Part shown: piece by piece, positions 22,288 through 32,700 of the stretch
Numbering within the stretch: position 1 is the stretch's first letter
Layout: each line of letters opens with the position of its first letter
DNA from: Pelomyxa schiedti
Lineage: Eukaryota > Protista > Evosea
NCBI GenBank assembly: GCA_020536535.1
Contig: JAHLWZ010000311.1
Span: 1-34,382, forward strand
Length of the DNA: 34,382 bases
Reading direction: 5' to 3'
The notes under the pieces: model-generated
What the model was told of the DNA's origin: nothing
The model's database searches: none
The model's input: only the letters and a program-made list of their open reading frames with translations
Made by a program: the position numbers and the translations under genes

Positions 22288-24706
22288 ATGAGCGGGTACG
22301 GATACGGGTACCCCCTACGGCTACTACCTCCCGTCGCAGCAACAACCAGATCCCTATGGCGGGCGGCGCCAGCAGCCGCGGCAGCCGGCCCAGCGCCCCC
22401 AGCAGCAGCAGCCCCCTCCCTCTCGCCTCCCACCACCACGCGTGGTGTTCTCCTCCACCCCAGCCCCTCCTCCTCCTCCTCCTTCTTCTACCTCCACCGC
22501 GTACCCAAGAACATCTACAATCACGACCACGCCACGGTCCCCGGTGTCGCCCTCGCCCTCGCCGTCGCCCCGGCCCGTAGCCACCCGTGCCGCCACCACC
22601 GCGGCCTCGCCCGCCCTGGTGGCCTCCCCCCGCTGTTCCCCGCCCCCGCCTCGCTTGATGCCTCTCTCTCTGTCTCCCCAGCCCACGCCCTCGCCCACGC
22701 CCTCGGCCACGGCCACGGCCACGGCGCCGCCCTCTACCTCGACCTCCGCGACCACCAGCACGAGCACCAGCACCAGCACGAGCACGAGCACGAGGACGCC
22801 GGGCACGCCCACGTCGTTGGCCCCGACGGTTTGTTTTTCTTTATCTTATTATATATGAAATCGAGATTGTTATGTGTGTGGTTTACTACATGCATGCCAG
22901 CGTTGTAATATTATCTCGTAAAACTTATTAACAAACTTGTTTGTTTTGTGTTTTGTAGGCCTCCTCGAAGCCTTGGCAAGGAGTTTGTTCATTTCCTGGA
23001 TGCACGGAATTGGCTTATGTGGACCCTGATACTTACATTGTGTCCAAATATTGTTCTAAATCGCATGCTGATGCTGCAGCTCTGTACTCTGATGGGTGTG
23101 TGATCACCACCTTTGATGAAGAAAATTGGTCTAAATGCTCCTTCCTTGTATTATACTCTCACCCTGAACACTTTTTGTTTTAGTAATAATAAGCCTTCGG
23201 GAACGTGCATGTTTGGAACTTGCCAAGAGCCGGTTTGGATAGACGCCAATGGTGAACCATCGCAATTCTGCTCCAGAAGACACAGGGATAGCTTTACCAA
23301 GTAATTACCATTTCCTTCATTCCCTTGTAACCTTGCAAAGAGTCCGAGAGAAGACTCCTTCCAGAGGTAAATAAATTACATTCATCTCCCAACAAGATAA
23401 TAGTTTCTTATATAGCGTCAATGCACTGTATTTTCCCTGGTTGTTCAAATCGCTGCTGGGTAGACCCAATTTCAATGGTTCCTTCACAGTTTTGCTCTCG
23501 ACGCCACCGTGATGAGTACAAGGAAGACTATTGCTCTGATGAAGACGAGGACGACACTCCGGGAAATTCTTTCACAACAGGTAATCAAATCCAAAGTCGG
23601 CAGACCAGTGTAACCAAATCTCCCAAGATCGTGTGTGCAGATTCCCCAATTGCCCTAAGCACTGTTACGTTGACCCTTGTGGAATAGTTTCTGATTTTTG
23701 TTCTCGTTCACACAGAGATGCAATGCAAGTGCGATTTAAAATCTTACAGTGCTTGTAATCACAGTCATATAGGAAACCGGGCGTGTTGAATTCCTCGCAC
23801 CAACATCGGCGGAGTACAAAAGTGTCATTGCACAGTTCGCACTGAAATGGGAAAAAGAAGGGCAACCACTGCATGTCATTTCCATATCTAAAGTATATCC
23901 TCCAAGGTATACACAAGGAAACAATAAGACTACTTCAGTGATCTCTGTTTCTTTTCTTTTTGTTTTAGTTGGATCTTTTCGCGTTACATGTCATACCGTG
24001 ACAGGATCATTCCTCTTGGCTCGTGGGAGACTCCCGGAAATGAGAAGGTAGAATATAAACTCTTTGAAATCTCACTTTTAATAGAGGAGGTTTCATGGAA
24101 CTTGCATTTTATGTGATCTTGGTATCAAGAAGAGCAACTCAACACCGTGTGCCCAGCCAGCATGTTCTATCTGCGGAATTATCCGAAATGGTACGGCAGA
24201 CTCTTCTTCTCAGATGTCTAACTTTGCCTGCTTTCAGGCTTCAAAGTAGGCATGACTCCTCCCGAGGCTCGTGCCTTCCAGAGATTTGGCATGGGACTGT
24301 ACTTTACAAGCACCTCAGGAAAAGCAAACGATTACAGTTCTCCCTCAGAAAGGCGAACACAATCCGGAGGGTATGCTTCTTCCTTTTTCCATTCCGGAAA
24401 TCTCACAGTTCACAAAAACAAACCACAGACTGAGGCGAGCAATGCTACTCTGCAAAGTTATTGTTGGAAATCCCCATCTCACCAAAGTAAATGCACCCGC
24501 ACTCGCTGGCCCTCCTCCCGGCTGTCACTCTGGTGTGTGCAGTAGCCTTTTCTCTACCCGATTCTAACAAGTACACATAAACAGTTGTGGGACAAACCGG
24601 CGTTGACCTGAACTATGATGAAGTAGTTATCTACGACGAACGAGCAGCCATCCCAGCCTACCTTCTATGGTACACGATTCCACCCGATGACCAACAAGAC
24701 AGCTAG
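22288..24706 (+). CDS. PARP-fold ADP-ribosyltransferase with a Pro/Thr-rich N-terminus and three C-C-C-H putative zinc fingers
   Basis: GNEKRRFHGT, RFGMGLYFTSTSGKANDY, AMLLCKVIVG, LNYDEVVIYDERAAIPAYLLWY give an H-Y-E triad. TAG 24704-24706. A frameshift at C5 (22311-22315) is needed to use ATG 22288. Confidence 0.85.
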
Positions 24707-24800
24707 AACTCTGATTCCTTCCTCAATCAACCAGCCACCATACTTTTTAATCAGCACCATCACAAATCAGACTTACACGAAACACCCAACACAAACCACA

Positions 24801-26033
24801 ATGAAGGTAGTACACACATTGTAAATACCCCAACACAAACCACAATTTTTGCCTTGTCTACAATTCCATTTCATATTGAGTTGGTTTAAACTGTCTTGTT
24901 GACAACATATACAGTACTGCACACAGAGTGAGGCAACATATGTTGACGAGACATTCTTCAACAGTCTTGGGTATACATTGGACCAATTGATGGAATTGGC
25001 GGGCCTCGCCGTGGCCACTGTGGTACACATGGAATTCCCGCCGTCGACACACCCTAGGGTCCTCGTCATTTCCGGCCCTGGAAGTATGCTTCTTGCCAAC
25101 ATGCATGATGATGCTGTATTATATAGGCTTTTTTTTTTGTTGGATGATCAGTATACTACTATGTTTAATTTATTTTATGTCATCATGGACTAGAATGGGG
25201 ATAGATAATATGTGATAATTTGGGCTGTAATAGATAATGGAGGTGATGGTCTTGTGTGTGCACGGCATTTGCAGTACTTTGGATACGCTCCTGCTGTTTG
25301 GTATCTCTTTCTAATTTTAAATGTATTCCCGCCTTTACTTTTCTTTCAGGTATCCCAAGCCCGGCAATGCTCCAACTTTGCAGGTTAGTTTCTCTCAGAG
25401 CAACAACGAATTTAACAAAACAAAACTAACAACGCACATAAGAACCTTGTCAAGCAACTTGGGAATCATCACATCCCCGTAATGGCTGAACAACCTGGTC
25501 CCTTGACTTCATTTGACTTGATTGTGGACGCAATTTTCGGGTACAGTTTCAATCCTCCAGTCCGCGGTATTTTTGCCCAAATCATTCAGGTACGATATGT
25601 ATCTAAATGCCTTTTTTTCTGAATCATTCAGGAAGTGAATTCCAGCAGCTTACCCATCCTGAGTGTTGATGTACCTTCAGGCTGGAATATAGACACAGGT
25701 AGCACACAAATCTCGAAACAAGAACTAACAATTCCAGGGGAGCATCAAACTGGGATACGAGCCCCTACTGCTGTGATTTCGTTGTCATGTCCAAAGAAGT
25801 GCATGGAGGGATACACAGGAATACATTACCTTGGCGGCAGATTTGTACCAAAGTGTGTAGAAATGCTTTGTTCTTTTCTGTGTTGTGTTGTGTTTGGTTT
25901 GATGCGTGCGTTGTTGAATGGCGAAATATTTGTATTATAGAACTTATTTTCTGAATACAGAGTTCTTTCTGATGAAATGGGCCTAGACCTGCCGCAGTAT
26001 CCTGGACATAGCCAAGTTGTGAAATTACAGTAG
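24801..26033 (+). CDS. NAXE: NAD(P)HX epimerase (YjeF_N domain, eukaryotic NAXE/AIBP type)
   Basis: [15 protein letters not shown]|[57 protein letters not shown]. 6-nt first coding exon (ATGAAG); TAG 26031-26033. Confidence 0.95.
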
Positions 26034-26118
26034 GATGAACTTGTAGTGATTCCCCGAATAAGACAATACAATAAGCAAAGATTCTTTGTTGCCAGTCTCA
26101 TCAGGGCCAAAACGGGTT

Positions 26119-27697
26119 TCATACTTTAGATGCCGGCAATTGACGCAATAGGTTGTCTATTGCACTGGTAGCAGTAGCCATGCGTTCTTCATGTGAACCT
26201 CTTACAAGTATCCATGTTCTGCCGGTATTTGTGAGCTCCTCAATCAGTGCTTTTTGCATCCAGTGCCGCTCCACATTATCATCATCCCTGGTTCCATCCT
26301 GCACAAAAGGAATATCATCTGAGGTCAGTAGGTATAAATCAGGACGCCTCCTTGTTTGTGCAATGTGGTCCACACGAGCACAGCGGCGTCTCTCCATGTA
26401 TCTCATGTGCCAAACACATGTGGCCAGTGCATCTGTGTCACAGATAAGTACGCCATTCCTTGCTGTGCGGGCAAGCTCATCTTCCCTCCTGGACTGTTCT
26501 TGTGCAATGTGAACAAACTCCCGGGAAGACCAGGAATCAGAGTATTCCACAAGCATTCTTTTTGGTAGTAGTGGGTCCCCAGTTGTTGTAGAACTCTGTG
26601 TGGCTGCGGCAGCTGCTGCAGACCACTTAATGTTGCAGTACTCCCGGCCGTACTCCTCAACACAATGTGTGTCATAGTGAGCCGCCAAGGCGCGGGCCAA
26701 AGTGGATGAACCGGTGCTGCCGGCCCCAAGAACTACAACTCTCTTCACGTAGAAGGCTCTCATAACGGGGTGCATCATGTGCATGTATTGTAGTGGGTTA
26801 CTACGTACAAGGGTTCCGGAGCATGGAACATTGTAGCGGCATTTGTCAACAAGTACATGGGTAGTATTTGGTCCTATATATGCAGCATACTGGTCCCCAT
26901 AAGACTCGGAGGTAAATACCGCACTAGGTTGAAATCCAAGTACCTGCAATGAAAAAGAAACTTTAATATTACTCGAAAGCGTTTTAAAGAAAAAGTCCAC
27001 ATGGAAGTTTGCTGTACAAAGATAAGCAACCTAAAACAAAAGCCAAAATACATAATAAAAAGAATAACCCATGAGAATAACATTAAGACCAACATACAAC
27101 AACTAATCCAAATAAATAAATGACAAATATTTATTTATTTGGTTGTTGTCACCCATAATAGTAAATACACAGCAGCAACAAGTGGTTAAGTACCTGCACT
27201 GTCCTGGTGGCCCAGGCACGTGACTCGTTTGGGATGTCGTCGGGGACCACGAGCACGGCGGCGGCGGGGTGGGCCTCGCGCATGCACGCGGCGCGGACGG
27301 CGGCGGGCACGAGGGCCTCCTGCGAGGGGTGCACGCACACCAGCACGTACACGCGGTCGCACAGCGACGTGGCCACGTCCACCAGGAAGTGGTGGCCCAT
27401 GTGGGGCGGCAGGAACTTGCCGACCACGACGCCGCTGGGGTAGCGCCGCAGGGGCCGCTGCCCCAGGGGCGGGCCCTCCTCCCCGTCCCACTCCAGGCTG
27501 CGCTGCGGGAGGAGCTGCGGGGGGGGTGGCACCGCCGGGAGGGCGTGGGCCTGCGGGCGCGGCGGCGGGGGGTCCGCCTGGACTGGGGGGTGCTGCGGCT
27601 GCGGGTACGTGGCTGGGCTACACAGCAGTAAGGGGCTCTTCTCGGCGCTGTGCCCATCGGCAGGTCGTACGTCGTGTCCTTCAGCACAACGAGCCAT
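26119..27697 (-). CDS. nadR: Bacterial-type NadR-like protein (HIGH-family nucleotidyltransferase + P-loop ribosylnicotinamide-kinase-like domain, no HTH); two exons, 27697-27194 and 26943-26119
   Basis: VVGKFLPPHMGH (HxGH), VFTSESYG, VPCSGTLVR, KRVVVLGAGSTGSSTLARALA, EYGREY, LICDTDA, DIPFVQDGTR. 250-nt GT-AG intron at 27193-26944. Confidence 0.88.
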
Positions 27698-27899
27698 CAA
27701 AGGTCTTTCTTTGAAAAAAGCCAGAAAGTGTCCACTAAAACTCACATTATTGTTGTGTGTGTTAAGAAGTGTAATAGAGAACATGGAAGAGGAAGTAGAA
27801 AGATAAAACCATGTTCTCTATTACACTTCCTAACACAACAATAGAGTTTCAATTAACATCCAAGGATCACAAGAATAAGCTTAAACTACCTGCATTAGT

Positions 27900-30425
27900 A
27901 CTAAAGAACATCAATGTACCCCAGTGGTTGATGCACTGTTCTCTGAAGTGGTTTCTTCACACAGCTTCCACTCAGCTTCCCAGTGATGTGTGTGATCAGA
28001 GTGTTCTCCATCACAGCTATTCTTTCGTCTATCTGGTGGTTCACAATCTGTAGTAGACTTGATTCCTCAGCTCCTCCTTGTGTGCTTATAGTTTTGTTCC
28101 CACCCAGTGTCTCTGTCAGCTCTTTTTGTTGTGTTGTGCCAAGAAGATATCTCTTTGCATCCCCATGCATAATCCTCTCATTGCCGTTGCCCCTAACGGC
28201 AACGAAAAGTGGACGTTTTTTGGCTACCGGGGATGATTTTTGTTGCCGTTACCCCGATCGGCTCACCCCAAGTTACCCCAGCCACCAAGATAATACCGGC
28301 CTGTTTCTTTTTTAACTCTTTTTTTTTGTTTGGTTTTGTACTTGTGGGTTTCTTGGTGGTTATTCCTCTTTGGATGCTTCCTGTTTCTGCTGTAAGAGTG
28401 TGTGTGCCCCATCTTTTGGCTCTCATTGGTCGCTGGATACTTTCCTGGAATCCATACCTGTACTGTATACGTACTTAATAATGTTGAAAAAGCAATGAAT
28501 AAAAACCTGCCGGTAGTGTGTGAAGCTGAAACCAGGCACTGCAGCGGGTTCCACGATAGCAACTTGCTTTGAGTGGCTATAAAGGCGTGGGACAAAAGGG
28601 GAGGGTGTCCACTCAGTATCCCTTTCATCATCAGATGCAACAACAATGGGGGCTGTGTGTTTTCTGGTAAACATTAAGTAAACACGAAAAGCAGAATGTG
28701 TAATACCAGTGTCGATTTCTGGGTTGGAAAAGTAATTCTGGTGGCAATTGTTGTTGCAGCTGCGATTGTGGTTGTGATTTCAGTTGTGGTTGCGACTGTA
28801 AATGGGGCTGTGGCAGCGGTGGCAGCTGTGACTGTGGCGGTAGCTGCGCTGCGACTGCGACTGCGACTGTGGTGGCGCTGCCCCTTTTGGCTTCCCATCT
28901 TCTTCAGCATTCCGTCGTCTCTGTCGTCACTTGTCAGTTCACTGCCTGAGCTGGGGACCCCCCAGAGTGCGTTTCCTCGCCACTCGCCCCCCATCCCGCC
29001 TGCGGGTCAGCTGGGGCTTTGCGCCCAAGCCTTGCGCCATCGTTCCCTACCGGTGATGCTGCCCCTTTTGGCTTCCCATCTTCTTCAGCATTCCGGTTTG
29101 CATTGACAGGAACCCTTCTAAATCTATTGTCGACCTCGTGATTCTCCCCCTTGCTTGTATGCAACATTAACCATTTTTTTACCCTTTTTAATGGAAATTT
29201 AAAAAAGCAAAAACTGCTGTTGGCATTTTGTGGCCAATAAAGGCCAAGAGTCATTGAGACACTGAGAGAACGCCATAGATGTGGGCTTACATCTGTACAA
29301 TGCAATGTTCGTTGCAACCATATTGGGGGGTTTCCCGATGTTACCACGGAGCAGAACCCATTTCTGTATCGATTTTTTTACTGGCCCAAACTTGTGGGAT
29401 AAGAAAATTATTTGGCAGTGGCAGCGAAGCACAAGAGCCGTGCGCTGTATTGTATTCAAAATGGGTATCTGGGAAGGCACCAAAGTGTCTATGTGGTATA
29501 CATTGCCCTTATTGTGGAGCACCACAAAATGGGCAGAGCAGAAACTAGGAAGTAAATTGGTCTTATAATACAACAGTGGGGGATGTACAAAGATGACATA
29601 GTGTGAGTGGGGGGTAACGTTAATAACTGATGGTTGGCCTCTTTTGAGCTGCCCAGCGGACTTGCCAATAATAATAATAAAAGAGATACCGAAAGTGCAC
29701 TCCACAGTATCTCAAAGTCAGAGACTGTGGAGTATGCATCTACATGCCAATTACATCACCGGACAGAGTAAATTAGACATACAAACACTGTGCCTGCATA
29801 GAAGCTGGCGCACCCTTATTAAATCGGCGGTTTCTGGATCAGATCGGGTTTGCTTGTCATACATTGGAAAGTGAATGAGTTCCAAGTCCCGAGCTTTGGC
29901 TCCTGGATATTTAGTAGGGGAATCTGTGACCATTTTTCGTGCTCTCTCCAAGTACCTTGAAAAGTGGGGAAATGAACGTAAACGCAAACCCCCTCCCACA
30001 AGGGAATATACATTCCCCCTGATCTCGTCATTTCGTCCTCCTGTACCTTTTAGGTTAATAAGGCACAACAATAAGCAAACAGCAAAGCACACACACTCAA
30101 GCACGCACTCACGCACGCACCAGGCAGACAAACACAGTCACGCCCGAGGCGAGGGCCGCAGCCAGTGTCTCGGCGCGCGGGAACGCCCCCACAAGCACGC
30201 GCCCCTGGCACCCCCCCCAGTTAGTGTACCGGCTCGGGGTTGGTAACGGTGGTGGGCCGCCGCGGCGGCAGTGGCGGTGGCGGGCGGCGGCGTCGCTGCG
30301 CAGGTGGTCGCCGTTGTGGCCTACGCGCGCGCGGCCGGCGCTTTGGTGGTAGTCGTGGAGGGCGGGGTGCTGGCGCCGCGGCGTGACGAGGAGCCTCGCC
30401 CCCCTCTGGGTGGCGGCTTCTTCAT
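27900..30425 (-). pseudogene. Disrupted multi-exon gene of unknown function
   Basis: ATG 30425, GC-rich first exon with in-frame TAG (30321-30323) and continuing Ala/Thr-rich frame. Later exon-like blocks have frameshifts in a Gln/Pro-rich region and further stops. 3' boundary approximate. Confidence 0.5.
28877..29095. repeat. 38-bp perfect direct repeat (28877-28914 and 29058-29095)
   Basis: GCTGCCCCTTTTGGCTTCCCATCTTCTTCAGCATTCCG twice, period 181 bp. Confidence 0.95.
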
Positions 30426-30527
30426 GAGACGATGATGCGGGGAGTGATGTGGAAAAAAAAAAACTGCCGGCTGGCCCATCTCATACCGTGACAACCAAAA
30501 GACCCCAAACAAACAATCAAAAAAAAA

Positions 30528-31020
30528 TATTTGGGCTAGATAGTACCGTGTGGGCACTTGCCTTTGGAATTGTACTCAGTAATACAATGGGAGTGAACCT
30601 TCCAGAATTCTTGCAATTAGTGTCCACAAAGGCAGACTTCGTAAAGGTATACCCCTTCAATTGACAAGTAAGTAATTTTAGACAAATCATTATTTTCAAA
30701 TTCAAATTGTAATCAGTGTGGACTTGTTCAATCGCTTATTAAACTTGGCTTACCTGGTAATATCCCCCTTCCTATTTTTTTCTCATAAATAAAAAGGAAT
30801 CGTTGTTAGTTAGCCTGTAACTATTGCAGTTATAGTCTTTACTTGATTCATCTCCCGGATCCCGATTTTCCGTTCTGTTACTCCACAGCTGGGGATGTGT
30901 ATGTCCTGTGGTTTGGTCCCAGATGTAAAACTTCACATAGTCAAATATTGTAGGAGTAGCTGTGTGTGGCAGACCCAGAGAGATACTTCATTGGGGTGAC
31001 AGCGGCAACAGCAGCACTAA
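30528..31020 (+). pseudogene. Fragment of a YeiH/UPF0324 (putative sulfate exporter)-like membrane transporter with introns and stops
   Basis: VWALAFGIVLSNT..ADFVK| ..IKLGLPG|IVVS*PVTIAVIVFT*FIS..LGMCMSCG|VAVCG. Two stops fall where Trp is plausible; no start or full length visible. Confidence 0.55.
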
Positions 31021-31139
31021 AAAAAATTGACACACAAAATGCAAATAATTAGTTGTGGTTGATGGTAACTGGGCTTCATGTGGTTTATCCCCCAATCACC
31101 TGGTATGTATTCCCTGCATTCCCAGGTGCCTTGTGATTG

Positions 31140-32700
31140 ATGTTGTTGTTACCAGATAAAAATAGCACGAAATAGAATCTCTTTTCTGATCTTTCTGATA
31201 ATGTTTCAATGGATAGTCCTCATCAATGCAAGAACATGGCAACTTCCATGCCAATTCTGGGGATGGTTTGGCTCCACCCAGACAAACTGATGATGAAATC
31301 CAATTCAGGGTCCGCTCTCTGTAAGTCGTACATGTAGTCTTACAGGCAGTGTGACATCTACTGCAACAGTAAACCAGCCTGGGATAGTAGTATCTTGCTA
31401 TGGAACAATACACTTGTTTCCGCTCTTCACCAGTAACTAACTTCTTCCAATTTTACCACCTGCAAGAATTACAGGAGTGTGAAATATCTCCTTTGTAATG
31501 GGAGATAAGTATCATATTCTTCAGTCCTCTAGTGACTGTGAATGTTACTGGGTGTATTGCCTTGTCGATTTCTACTCATAGGTCAATTCTTCCCCATAAT
31601 GAGACTAATGTATCATTTATAGCCTTGGCTTTCACCAAACTGTACGTCTCTGTTACCTCCACGTTTGGTGCAATTTGCTTGAGTGCATCTTCACTGATGT
31701 AATCCCTTGCCCTCAGGTTCCCTCATACTGTGCATTGTGCACCACCACTCTTACTTGATGTAGTACTATTTGATTCACCAGTCCATTGGGACTTCCAGTG
31801 GTCCTTGTGGTACTACCACACCCCTTAGTCTTCATCATAATAATATTTGGGTTATTCTCGTAATTAGTACGCTGCCTCTGCTGGTACCAGAGCCTTGAAT
31901 CTGTGGGATAGTTGATTGTGATCTTCCACTTCTTGAAGCTTTTGCACTAGGCTGGTTATATTTGTATCTGGTGCATTCAGTGCAGCTCCATAAGAGCATG
32001 GCTGCGATCCACCACTGAATAGCTTGTGAATCACCAGAAATGCCACATCCCTCTGGAAATAGTCTGTGCAAGTTATTATGGATTCATTGCTTTGTCTAAT
32101 TCCCAATAGAATCAGTTATCTATCTGGTACAAGAAGACAAGATGAGATGGAGTCTCTTTTCCAATCCTGCTGACAATGTTTCAAGAGGTAATCCTCATCA
32201 ATGAAATGCCAAGGTAATTCCCACAGTGCGGCATCTTGGGCACTATCAGTTCTAGCAACTGTTTTCCTTTGAAAAATCCTGGGCTTGGGCACTTCAAATA
32301 GAGCTGACTGTGCACGTATTCTTTGCATTTCTCCACTGGGAGTAGCTCTCTGAAATGTACTACTAGTCCTACTACCAACATGACATCCACAGCATTAGAC
32401 TGTATCTTTGGGAAAGATATTAATGGTGCAACGTTGTTCCTGCTCTTAGCAAGTAGGCTCCATTTTTTTGCCATCTGAAAGTATTACAAATAAATGTGAT
32501 CACATCCAATAAATAGCCATATTTGTCAGTTCTAGTGACTGTGAATGCTACTGGGTGAATTGCCTTGCCAATTTCTACTCACAGGTCAATTCATGTATCA
32601 TTTATGGCATCAGCTTTCATCAAACTGGACGTCTCTGTTACCTCTGCATTTGGTGCAATATGCTCAAGTGCATCTTCACTGAGGTTGTGCAGGGTACATA
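31140..32700 (-). mobile_element. Two diverged tandem remnants of a retroelement aspartic-protease-like region (~31140-31710 and ~32130-32700)
   Basis: DYISEDALKQIAPNVEVTETYSLVKAKAINDTLVSLWGRIDL*VEIDKAIHPVTFTVTRGLKNMILI resembles retropepsin downstream of DSG. The second copy reads SEDALEHIAPNAEVTETSSLMKADAINDT. Both share an IDEDY.LKH block and have many stops. Confidence 0.6.

Noticed and set aside
21283-22908. Many overlapping antisense and alternative-frame ORFs (also at 8167-9159 and 27103-27714)
   Set aside because: Shadows of GC-rich low-complexity exons with no independent motifs.
27194-27697. High GC of NadR exon 1 as evidence of contamination or donor composition
   Set aside because: Native genes show the same GC-rich first exons, and the gene has a spliceosomal intron.
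28877-29095. 38-bp direct repeats as a CRISPR array
   Set aside because: Only two units with a 143-bp spacer, peptide-coding, eukaryotic context and no cas genes.
30321-30850. In-frame TAG/TGA as evidence of a variant genetic code or readthrough
   Set aside because: Intact genes here terminate at TAA, TAG and TGA, and the affected loci also have frameshifts or truncation.
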